Source: Tubulanus polymorphus (Eukaryota > Animalia > Nemertea). Taken from it: 64,000 nucleotides of DNA. Shown one piece after another: positions 29,001 through 41,500 of the stretch. Both the position numbers and the translations under genes were made by a program. Position 1 is the stretch's first letter; the number at the start of each line of letters is the position of its first letter. The stretch is from positions 6,820,001 to 6,884,000 of the forward strand of contig NC_134028.1 in assembly GCF_964204645.1 (NCBI RefSeq), read 5' to 3'. Under the pieces are notes generated by a model. That model saw nothing but the letters and a program-made list of their open reading frames with translations. It made no database searches and had not been told where the DNA came from.

Positions 29001-32000
29001 CCTGGACCCCTAGTTTGCCTGGCAGAGCAAATTGGGGAGTTCAGACCCTTTTCTAGAAAATCAGAAAAGTCTGGGAATTCGAATTTTTGGTGGTTGTTAT
29101 TCTTGCTAGTGACGAATGGCAGAAAGAAACTCTTCAAAAGAAAAAGCCCCCGCTAAGGATATCTTGTTTAAATCAGGGAATTTTTGGTCAATGGTTATCG
29201 GGGAATTTTGGATTCCATGATCTGTAAGAACTGGGTCCCTGCGTTTCTAAGGATATCTTGTTAAAATCGGGGAATTTTTGGTCGATGAAATGTCGGTAAT
29301 TTTGGATTCTGTGACCTCTGTAAGATACGGGTTGCCGCGTTCTACGTTACTTAAGCCAGATTATCTTTACGTATTTTCAGCAAGAATCAGATTCCGCAGT
29401 ATTTCAACGCCGAAGTGAATCGTTACTGCAAAATCGAGTATATCGAACACGTCGAGGTGCGATTCCACTTGACGTACAGCAACAAGCGCGGCCGAGTGAG
29501 CGCGCGTCTGGAGTCGCCGGCGCGCACGGAGAGCATCATTCTGAACGGACGCGAACCCGACATCACGCTGGAGGAGCTGCGATGGCAGACAGTGACGTAC
29601 GCGTTCTGGGGCGAACAGCCTCAAGGACTGTGGAGATTGCACATCGACGACGCGTCGCCGTCTGACCTCAACCGCGGGTCCGGTATGTTTCGTTTCAGAA
29701 ATAAGTATGATCTCATTTCTACAGTTGTCAGTCATTTCAACTGTTAAAATGTGATAATATGCTACAGTAAACCTTGCCTTACGCTGACAAACTGGGACCG
29801 TCAGAGTCTGTCTGAGCTAATTAAGGAGTTAAGGATAGGAAGATATGTTAAGGAGTTCGTTTTTTTCCGAGTTAGTTAGAAGTCTGAGTTGGCCATGTCA
29901 GAGTGAGGCCAGGTTTTCTGTACTAATGATATAGGCCCTACAAGAAGTTGAGTTATCAAAGTCTATTTCTGAAATTATAGTTTCTAGTTCGGGACGCAGC
30001 CATATTAAATCCACTACCTTGAAATCGGGTCCAGAGTTTTGAGTTTTAATGGACCCCAGTTCCATTAGATTGAATCCACAGGGTGAACTTCGATTATCTC
30101 GATGACCAAAGTTCACCTAGAAGCTGGTTCATATTGATTCGTTTAAGACCGATGCAGATTTTAACCGCAGCTCAGATTGAAATGAAACCTACTGCTGTTA
30201 CTGCGTATCCTGTAGTCTACTCAAATCGTTACCTCATTCGTGGACCATGGTGCAGGGTCTGTTTGACTGTCGAACTGTGTGTTCAGTTAACTTAGATTAG
30301 CTTAAGTTGACCGTCGTCCAGAGTCACGGACGAAAACTGGGTTCAGGAAGTTTTCGTGGAACAATTTACGGAATACTCAATGAATATAAATCTATGAAGC
30401 TGCTTTTGAATTTTCAGGGACATTATTCGATTATACGCTGATCATTCACGGCATGAATGAACGAACGCTTCCCGAATACGAAGGTCCCCACGATGACCGT
30501 AAGTAGTAGTCCTCGTGTTTAACACTAGATGTTATTCCGATTCTGAACGTCATTTGTGTCGAATGAGAAATGTTTTCAATTGCCCTGGCAGAATTTTCGA
30601 GAGGACAAAAATGGCGTTTTTTCTTTCAAATCTGTAATTGTCATAATCCGGTTCAGGTTCATATTTGTAACGGTTTCAAACACGTGGTACTTTAAGCCTC
30701 GCACATCTCAATATTAGATCTACATTCTTAATATTCTCTGACTGGGCAATACCCCCGATCGGCCTCCCTGACATAAGCAGCCGGCTGGACAATACTGCCA
30801 ATATTGACGTCTTGATAGTTTAGAGTCGTCATTCTGGAAAATGAAATCAGGTGATATTCATCTGTCATTTGTACGATATGAAAAGTTTACTTAAGACTTT
30901 TAACGTCAATATTGGCTGCGTTGTCCTAGAGCCGTCCTAGAAACTGTGCGCTTCTGATGTATTAGCTTAGAAATTCTGATTCTTGTTCTACTATCGTTTA
31001 TTTCCTCGTTTCAAATCTCAATTTCAAAAACTTGACTGTCTCTAGCTTTTCCCCTTGTTTAATGCCAACTATGCACAAAAACTGTCTTTTGAGTTACTTT
31101 TAGTTTAGCCTTTTCTATCACGTTTAATGTGGGCAAGAGTTTTGTAGGGTTTCAAATTGTCACGATTGTTTTTTACAACGTCTCTTATTGTCATTAATAC
31201 TAACTTTTACTAATTAATGATTAATTAATCAATTTAATGATCATATCTGAATGATTGTGTAGACGAGCAGCGACCGCCTTGCGGCTGACCGGAGAGAGAA
31301 AAAAAAACGAGAAAACCTCGGTGCTTCCAACTGTTCCTTCTTCTATCCGTATTCTGACTATTTCGGTTAGGTTTTTCCACCGAACCTCCTGGGTTTTAAT
31401 AGTAATAACCATTTCTGAGTAATGTATATTCAATTACTGACAATCGACTAAATTAGATAAATCGTTTACCCAAAAGTTGTTATTAGGGTTTTTAGATTTA
31501 CAACTGGTTTGAATATTTCATTCGTGAATTATTTGAATTAGATGAAAACGGTAAATGTAAATTCCTGCAATTGATGAAAGACTAAAAAGTTTATTTGAAA
31601 TACTAGAAATATTTCAGGTGGTTCCTGTACCACCCTGATTCAGTCTAAAAATGATATGTCGAATGAATATGCAGTAGATATGAAATAATATAACGTGCAG
31701 TAGTCTATCGTATTCATTTTTACATGAAACAACTTCAAATATTATCAAATATAGATTTTTCTGCCAGGGTAAAATTTCATTTCTTTATCAATCAGTTTTG
31801 TTGTCGTAATTTGTCGTGATTTTTTTTGGGATTTTAATCAATATTTATGGTGTGGATTCTATTTTACCTTTTTTCACCGGCATGTACGTATAGGCCTATA
31901 CCAAAGGGTTCGGGGGCATGAGGATATGAATAAGAATGAAGAAAAATTAAATTGACTTCTCTGAGATTAAATCTGAGACAATAGCAGCGTTTTAGAATTC

Positions 32001-35000
32001 TCCAGGCTGAACAAATTGATAACCTTGATTCTCATTTCTGCTGGTTGGTTTCGATTTTGACTTATTGGTTTTTGTTTTTTGTGGTGTGAACTGGGCAAAA
32101 TTTCCTCACATCATGCCGATGTCAAGATGTTAAGACGAAATTTTTATTTAGATTATGTAAAATTCTAATTTATCGTCCCCGGCCAGCTTGAGACAAAGAT
32201 CAAATGTATTGAAATTTTTTTTTGGCAGTGGTCTGCTATTCGAAATTTGGATTTTTTCAGGGTCCCGTCGACCCCTTGATTACTCATAAACTCCTTCTAA
32301 ATTGAAAATACTTGTAGGTGCATGAAACTTTAATATGTACAAGATAAAAAATTACTTACAAAACCACTGAATTAACGGTTTACTGAGATAAACAGTACCG
32401 ATTCAGGAACAGTCTACTGTAATTGGAATATGGAAGTGAAATTTGAAATGTTCTACTTTACAACTCCTTGAAATATCCAAGAATGACCAACCTGAAAGGC
32501 CTCTGTTTCGGACATTGTCGCTCAAATAATCAATATTTTTGCAACAAATTAACTTTTATTGACCGAGCACTTGGAAAACAAAAAAAGATGAAATACTAAA
32601 TCATACCCCCACACCTCCCGGAGATATTCTGAAATCGATCGAAGCACCGTGTGTTTTCTTATTCTTTTTTTTTCTCTCGTTAATAGTCGTCTACAAGTTC
32701 CGTCTGCCGTGGTGGGCCATACTGATCATCGTGGTCAGCATCGTGTTGATCGTCGTAGTCGGTCTAGTAATCTGGCGGTGTCGCGTCGTTCGTAGAAACC
32801 TCCTGCGTAAAGAAGAGCTTAAAAAGGCGGCCGTAACGAATAAAGTCTACCTGCACGATGAAATGGAGATCACCGAGAAACATATATAGGGTTTTTTTGC
32901 GGTTGTTTTACGGTTTTTTGTGCCATATTGCTCAATGTCTCTGTATCGAGAAATTCTCTCGCAACATCCTCCTCTGACAGGGTTTTGAAACCAGATGGCA
33001 TCGAGACTCGCTACAGTACAAAACCCTGCCACACTAGACCGAGTGCGCAGCTACATGCACAGCTTAGATGATGTCATGATTAGCCAATCAAAAATCCTGT
33101 TTTATTTTAGCCCGGGTTTTCCCAGTTATAAAGCTTTTTCCGTGGTATTTGCCTCAGCGATTATACAACGAGCAGTCTGATTGCTGCTGCAACTTTTCTT
33201 GCGGTAAATCTTGCAAGCTTTCGTGCCGTGGCTGAGGCTAGCGATGCCAAAAAGGTTTGGATCCCTGCCGAAGGAGGATGGTTCGCGTTAGTAGAGACCA
33301 ACAGGGTTCATAGCACTCAGTAATCTTTGAATTGAGCAGGGTTTCAAAAGTCTTTTGTTTTTTGCCCAAAATTTAACGAGTGATATCTGATTTGCTCGAA
33401 AAAAATTACGTTGAGAGTTATCAAATTTTGTCTTCTTTCATCTAGTTGTCACGAGTAAAAAAAAGCCAGTGATAAGGACGATATTTCAGAGCTATTTTCA
33501 GCATTTTGTTTCTAGAAATACTAATTCAATTTATTTGATGTGAACAGAAATATGAAATATGTTACAGAGGGTCTTACCCCCCCCCCCTTGATAACTGATT
33601 GATTTTGTTTCATATTTCAATGAAAAAATATTCAATTTGTTGATACTGATGGCGCTTTTCTGAGGTTGGCTGCCCCCGATATTTAGATTCGATTTACCGT
33701 TTTCAATGGTAGGTGAGAGGCTATGAACCCTGTTTCAAATGGATAGAAATAATCAAAGAAATCAATTGATGAAGAATATCAAAGTATGGTGCAATATCTG
33801 GTCTATTTGAGAAGAGAGAGAATTTATAACCGTTCGGTAAAATGTGTGGGTTAATGAAATCCTCAGGTTTATTGAACGCTGTGTCAACTGCTGAAACTGC
33901 TATCATTTCAAACTAAAAGATTGTTCTCATTTTTAGTGGCCTGTATTTTGTAAACTAGATATTAAGACAGATTAATATATACCTTTGAATACTCGGGAAA
34001 GTTCTATGCGAAGCCCGTGGCAAACTTTAATGCGTTTTGCCAGCTCAGTTAAATTGTTAGGTGAAACGGCAAAAATGGCAAAATATGCTGTGCCGTGATT
34101 TCATGAGTCACGGGATTAAAAAACCAAATCGGCTTCCATATATATACCAAGTAGGTAAAGACATTCTGTGAGCTTCAAAATTGGCTTATTCTTTATTAAT
34201 GAAAGGAATTAGGAAAGGGGTTAGGAAAGAATTTAAACAAAAATACGTATAACTTAAATCAGGGTGTGTGAGTATATAGGCAATGGGGTGAACAATGGGG
34301 TATATCTGTAATCATATGGGTTTAATCAAATTGTATATTTGTAATTACAAAATGAACAAGATCGATTAGCTAGGGATAGTTGTTAGATTTTATGGGTTTA
34401 ATAAAGGTTAATTGATAGCTTCTATCATCTTTCTTCCCAGTCGAGTCCGTCAGTTACGTTGGTCCTATAGGCCTAATCGTCTAGGATCTTTTAAACCAGT
34501 CCTAAGATTTTATAGATTGGTTCTTGAAAAACCAAATAGAATATGTCTTTGACTGGTTTTAATTGCAACTCTTGATTGTGGAATTTTACGGATTAAGCTC
34601 AAATAGTTTTATTTATGTTGTTAAATGAGTTTTCATTTTATGGATTTTATATATATGTATGTGTAAATCAAAAGACTCATAAATTTATATAATATATTTT
34701 GCAGTGAATGATAGGAAATCATATTCGTATTTATAAGTATGACGAAATGAAATTTGTGTTTGATTTGAAATTCTACGGAATTCTTGCCTATTGCTAAACT
34801 AGCTTTAATATAACTGTGCTTGTTGGTATATCGAGTTGTCCGCGGTCCTGTATGCGGTCCTGTCAAATTTGCTAAGACTGGACACTATAGACTGGACTAG
34901 TTCTGACCTTGGTTCTAAAAACCAATAATTCTGTATAACCAATATTACGAATGAAGACCTGCCTTATGATTTTAACCTGTTATTAATGTTTTACTGTTAG

Positions 35001-35356
35001 CAGCCGAGGTTTACCGTAGGTTCATTTTAAGCGATGTTCTTCGATGTTTTTATGTATTTTTAGTACAATTAGGAGGCACGTTAGCCTGGTGGGCGATTCT
35101 GCTCATCGTGTTAGTGATCATCGGGCTGATCGTCGGCGTTCTCGTTTTTCTACGCGTGCGCCACCTGCGCAAACAGAACAACTACGGCGAACGTACGCCG
35201 AAAAAATACAAGCAGAACAACGTTTACGGCGATACGACCGAACCGACCGAAATGCACAATTTGAAAAACGGAGAACCAACTTATGTACACCTTAAGGGAG
35301 AACCGACTTATGCTCACGTTAAGGGAGAACCTACCTATGCTCATGTTAAGGCTTAA
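23025..35356 (+). CDS. Furin/PCSK-like (S8B + P domain) type-I membrane protein, predicted catalytically inactive. Exons 23025-23125, 23271-23334, 23875-24006, 24564-24702, 25210-25403, 26165-26416, 27116-27222, 27748-27866, 27987-28104, 29381-29682, 30418-30498, then 32687-32889 or 35064-35356
   Basis: All exons join in frame via GT-AG. Signal peptide; RSKR; DPMWSQQWYL; CGVGIAY; GRGGKGAIYIWASG; NPKLTWRDMQHL; FGFGLLD; P-domain EHVEV...FWGEQPQGLWRLHI; TM exon. Confidence 0.88.
28342..29010 (+). repeat. HINE/DINE-like dispersed repeat in convertase intron
   Basis: Begins TTTTTAGCCC, then short hairpin TGGGACT-T-T-AGTCCCA and (GTCC)n microsatellite; homologous to 16322-17290; inverted end fragment near 11850-11920. 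Confidence 0.6.
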
Positions 35357-35867
35357 TGCAGCAGTCACAACGAAAGTGTCCGGAATTAACACTGAATGAA
35401 ATTATAGATCTTCTCGAAACTACTCATTTTTGAATGCGAACATGTGTCAAACATTCTGATTTAGGAATTTTAAACGCTAATAGCACGCATCACAGTATGT
35501 TGACATTCATGGAAATTTCAGATTTTTCTTTTCTTTTAAGCCAATGATCTTTGTTCTCAACGAATATTTTCGGTATTCATACTTATAGCATTCCGTATGA
35601 AATCAAAGTCCTGCCTTCACACGTGACATTCCAAAAAAGTAATCGTCTATTTATATTTATTGAAATTCGTCCAATACTCAATTGACTCCGCCCAGCTATG
35701 CACATTCCATCATTTACAAGAAAATTTCTCGTATACTTTTAGAACCATTTACGATTGTCGAAAGACGGTCATCCATTTATTGGTTGGTGTGCAACATTTC
35801 CCCATATCTCATCTGTACAGTACATGTACATATGTTTCAAATAAGATTATTACCTCAATGTACACAA

Positions 35868-36240
35868 TGGCACATGGAAACAGGGGACAGAAACATGTTT
35901 CCGATAGTTTCCCAGCGTTGTGCGCGTTTATGAGAAATATGGTTTTGGTTACGATGTTTCCGGGATCAAACATGTTTGATTCTGTTTCCCTGCGTTGAGC
36001 TTTACAGTCATCAGCAACTTTTTCAAAATGCACACAACACATGGAAACAGAAAACAGTAACATGTTGCCGAGCATTTCCCAGCGTCGTGTGCGTTTACGA
36101 GAAATATGGTTTTGAAAACCAACGTTTCCAAGATCAAGCATGTTTGATTCCATATTTCTCTGTTTCCCTGTGCAAGTTCACAAGAAATGAGAAGCATAGT
36201 TTCTGTGTTTTCTTGCGTCCTGTGCGTTGGGCTTCACGGT
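35868..36240. repeat. Tandemly duplicated ~170-bp imperfect palindromic repeat
   Basis: Two units starting CATGGAAACAG...TTTCCCAGCG...GAGAAATATGGTTTTG...TGTTTCCCTG; related sequence at about 18810-18920. Confidence 0.6.
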
Positions 36241-38500
36241 CATTGACAATCTTTCGAATATTACCCGACCTTTAGGCTGAATACCACATGGTTTTTCCGG
36301 TTTCGCCATAACAGCAACGATGACTAGATGCTTGACATTTTCTGCACGAGCATTCGTGGTTAATCCCGTATTGATAATTTTCATATGCAGTAGATATTTT
36401 GTACCTCTTACATCTGTATAAATCTTTCTCAATGAAAATATAGTGTATTCTTTTATATTTATAGCGTATTTAATGTATATAAACCACACTATTATGGAAA
36501 CAAATGTACACTTCTTATGAATAGATAAATTAGGAATTGATTTATTAAATGAAAATCATATTAATGTAATATATTTATTTGTATTCAACCTTTTTGATTA
36601 AAATCATGTACGTAATGTTTTAGCGAGTATAAACGAATCAGTGGAATATTTGAAATGATCTGGACCCAGTTCGACAGTTGTGTTTTGAAAAGAAAGATTG
36701 ATGGTCAAATTTGTTTGTCAGTTCGAATTTGACCATAAGGTTCAGAACATTGGGAAATTAACCTATCTAATTCAGTAGCACCTGAGGCCCAAATTTCAAC
36801 CTACCACTGTTGAATTGGATCCTCGGTGAGGATCTCTTAATTGTCTTAATCACTTCTGTCATTCCATGTCAAGAGGGGAGGGGTCTTTATTCATATGAAG
36901 CATATTTCTATAGACAAAAACATTATAGGCCTATAGCATTTATATATGTGTATATATTTCTTACATTAATGTAATCATTTCTAAATTAGAAATTTTTTGA
37001 TTAAAGGTTTGCTGGTAGAGATGAAAATTTGACCAAATTTCGAAGATCACACAACTTTGGCTGTTTAAAAAAAACGTGCTTTGAAGATTAGGCTGTCCAG
37101 GAAACCTTCTTACTTGCACTTCTCTCTAATAGCATTGTACCACCTTGATAGATATACATTTTCCAAATGTGTATATTATTATGATGATGTGATTTACCAC
37201 GCGAAAAGATGGGACAGTATTGCTTTTTATACGAATAATAAAAATCAAGATTCAATTTTGATACATTCGTTTGTTTTAAATTTTGCCGGAAATGCCGAAT
37301 GAAATTTAATAAATGTAGGCTACGCAGGGCCATAGGCAGGATTTAGAGAGTGGGGCTTATTTGATATAAAAGGGCACTTTCTGGTTCCGTGCATGGATAC
37401 TGCCCTTTTGCGTCGACGAAAGAGATGCCCTGTGCCTATGTGAAAGTGCCCAAAAGGTAAAACAGTAGAGGGGTTCAAATCAAATAAGTACACCTCAGAA
37501 AAAGGGCAAGTCAGCTTATCAGCCAAGTGGGGGTTACCAGCAGCCCCCTCTGCCTACGGGCCTGCTACGATTACGCGAATTCTGTGCCAGCCCAAAAGGC
37601 CGGCGCCTTGCGATAGAATTCTTACTGTGGCACGCGACTTATAAGTTAGTTCACACTTTTTCCGCCAATGAATTTATACCAGGGGCAGCACTTGACGGTC
37701 AAGATCTGACACTGATTCTATGGTAAGTGAGGTAAAAATAGCTACAGTTCCAATAAACAATTTCGTCTTATTCTATTTCTGCATGCTGTTTCGTTCGAAT
37801 TGAATCGTCGAAATTCGATGTTGTGGTCCATTATTAGTACAGATATATTCCTGAATGATTGCCATTAAGGTTAATAATCAAATATATGAGCCAAAAGCAA
37901 TATATGGGTTTCCTGAATTACTGGCTAGGTGAACTTCGGTTATCAGTAACTCACTCATGCTCATTTCTTGCAAAAGCCAAATAACTACAATCATATTTAT
38001 CTAAAATCTTACAAATAAAAGACAAGTAATTGAATAAACAATAGTGTATTCAATCACTACCTCCTACCCCTATTTGACTCAATACAATATTGGAAGTTCA
38101 TCCAGGCGGCTGTCTTTGCCCCGTTAGCAAATAGGATAGGCGGTTACGGGAGTCCGTAAAGGGGGTGCATTAGCTGCGGTTATGGGAGTCAGTTAGTGCA
38201 TGCACAATACACTAGAATTCTGACTTTCTATGCTGGGATTGGAAACCAAAGCCAAAATTTCTAGCGATAGGCCACAGTGCTTTACCTAGCCACAGCACAC
38301 TACTGGAAGCCATGGCGAAAGTTAATCTACATAAAGCTTTACCTAACCCTAACCCTATTCCTTCACGAATGCGCGTACGCAGATATAGTACAGACTCCCG
38401 TAACCGTAGACAGTTTGAATAAGATTTGGCTTACGTAAACTCAATTAGGCCTAAACACGGTCCCACTCATATACAGCCTTGTACTTTCATGTTTAGAATC

Positions 38501-41500
38501 ATGGCTGAAGATAAAAGGGATTCGGCGACTTCACGGAAAACTGAAACGATGTCCCAGAAACAAATCGCTCGTACACAAAACAAGAAAAGAAAAATCGAAG
38601 CTTTCTTGGCTCTGGCAAAAAAAACGGAATTACCTGATGATAAAGTAAAGAAGGTGAGGAGGGTCTGCGTCTGGTAATTGAAAAATTTTCAGGACTTTTG
38701 CGCCAAAATTTTAAATAAGTGTTAATTTATATTATGATGCAATTTTATGTATCAAATCGATTGCGAATCTCGACAGAAGGGGAAGTATGAATTCGACGGA
38801 AAATCTCCCGAAGAAATAATTCAGATGAAGATCAAAATGGTGGAACTTCGTGAACAAAAATCAGCCGTCGAAAAAGTAAAAAAAAAGGTAGGCCTATAGA
38901 AAATATTTTAAAAACTCAAACTAGTATCGGCACTAAAGTTGGTAATCAGACTTAGCGATTGGATATATTCGCATATCACGTGTTGGCGCAATCAAACTGG
39001 GTTTTAAAGTCGTTATTTGTCGTCACTAATAAAATTTAATATTAAAAGAGTTCTACATTTTGTTGGAATTTGGTTTTCTTTTTTATTTCAGGATTATCCC
39101 AAATTGTCTCTGACATTAACTGAAATGCCCAATGCCGATACGTCTGTCATTCTACATATGGCTGAAATTCAGAAGTTTTTGGTATTTGCTGTTACCAAAG
39201 GGACATTGGGCAGCACCAGGTAAGACTCGAAATACAAGCTAATAGCTGGAAATATGAAAGTTTCTAAAAACTGTTAATTTCCGCAGTCTTGAAATGATTT
39301 TGATTTCAACTGGAAATGGTTCAGTCAAAGACTGGAAGTAAATATCTGTTTTTGATATCGTTTCAGACCTTGGTGTAAATTAATGAAACCATTGTCTATT
39401 AGTCACGTGGGATTTTTAGTTATTGATGGTGTTAGTATTAAGGATTTCAAAGAACACAAAGATGCCTTCCCGAATTTACAGAACCTCTTCGACTTGGTAA
39501 TGTGAACTTTTACTTTCTAAATATATGTCCATTTGCTTAGGACTGAAAGTATTTATGTTATAATATCGATTCTGTGAAATGTAAGATTTCACAAAGCGAA
39601 ATTATGATTGATAAGCTCCTGGGTATTTCACGAAAACCTTCTCTTTCTCAATGACTTATCTTGGTGATTTCAGTCAGTGGAAGTTTTAACTCCTGATTGT
39701 TATGGAATGGATGTAGCTGATGAGGTATTCAAGATACCTATGACCAAGGAGCGAATCAATTCGCATGTCAAAAAATTTGGAAGTAAGTTAAATCAATCTC
39801 ATAGATGACGAGAGCAAGGGCTGAGTACTTAAAGCATATTTTGGTGCCCTATATGTTGTTGCAGGATGACCACTTATGCGGATATCAGGGAAAAACGGGG
39901 GATTTTCTTTTCTTCAATAAATAAAATTTTTAAAAAAAGCTTAATATCAAGGAACAAAAGTCGGCGGGGATATTCGATAAGATTGCTAGATTGTGCATAA
40001 AAAATCAAACAGTTTCCGTCTATGTCTTATGTCTTCGACTGATTTAATTGATTGAATTATTAGCAGATCAAGTCAGGGAAAACGAGGTGCATGTCAGGGA
40101 ATTGTCAGGGAATAATCAAGTCAAATAAAAGTGGCCATCCTGTTAGTTACTAACAACTTTAGATCAGTCTTTTTAACAATTTTGTGTCGATTCAACACTG
40201 CAACTGTTCCTTGATGAATTTTCATGATTAATTGGGTTTATTTTAAGTAGATTTTGAAGTTAAACCTTTCTGTGAAACCGGGCCCGATTGAAAGACATGT
40301 TCCGCAGATTTAACTGCTTCGTAAAATTGTTGATATCGCATCGAATTGATAGAAAATTTCTATTACAGGACCAAAGGAAATCGAAGGCCCCATCGAAAGA
40401 CATAGATCAAAGCCGATCGTGATAAAAAAATCCGATGAAAATATAACTACCGGAGAGAATAACGGACCGGGACAAAACGACAACGGGTTCCAGGCTCGGA
40501 AGATCGAACATAAAAAGAAAATTGGTATAACCGAATCTGAAGACGTGTTTCCGCGCACTTGGTTACTGTTAAACGTTCATCAGATGCTGAGCGAAGGCTA
40601 CATTCTACCTGGTACAGGTGAATAATCCAAATTCGTAAATATCGGTATTTCGTGGTAAAAATTTTCTTGATGTGAAATTCACCCATTAGTCTCCACAGTA
40701 AGGCATGTTGTTAAATTTTTCTTTATGATTTCTCAATCTTCTGAGCGCGACTTGGGGCATTATTTCAATCAAACTTGTTTAAAGTCACCGTAGTTTGAAG
40801 TATCATAATGTTGATGACTTTTCCAAATAGCGACTTAGACTTAGTAAATTGAACTGGAAATACAAATTGAAACAACTTAGATCATGTGACAGCTTTTGCA
40901 ATGACTTAAACAAGTTTGACTGTAGAGAGGTTTGAAGTTTCTTTTTCCCTAATGTCGTCATAGAGACAAGATTGATAGGACTCGGAAGGAACTTGCTTCC
41001 ACCAGGATTTAGACCCATTAATCCTGAATTGACTATTGACCATTAGCTGATGGCTTACCGCTCAGCTACCACAACTCTCCAGAGCCGTCGGAAGGAATTT
41101 TTCAGTGGCGAGGCTTATTTCTGAAGGGTGGTCTGGGGGCCCTTCCCTAGAAAAATTTTGAAAATTCAATCGCCGGAGATGTGTTTTGGGGCCATTTCAC
41201 AGAAGCATGAGTAGTCGTGAGCCAACCACCTAGTACAGAGAACGACAAGCTGCTACGCGGTACAGCGTGCTTTTGAAAAAATTTTTGTTAAGCAAAAAAG
41301 TGGGGCGGATTTGGCCGCCCCTGCCGCCCCTGTTCCGACAGCCCTGCTTTCACTGTGAGAATAATTGACAAATTTGAAATGTTCTTTACATGAAGATGTG
41401 TGTGTTAAACTTGTTACTCTCTGTAAACCGCCAGCTCTGATGTGATTATCGCTTATTTTAACACACAGGTCATGAAGATACCACCTATAATAACTATGTC

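Noticed and set aside
23025-35356. Calling the convertase-like gene FURIN/PCSK or a pseudogene
   Set aside because: Too divergent for an ortholog symbol; no stops or frameshifts, so not a pseudogene on sequence evidence.
38343-38356. CTAACCCTAACCCT telomere-like motif
   Set aside because: Only two units, within a common dispersed repeat.
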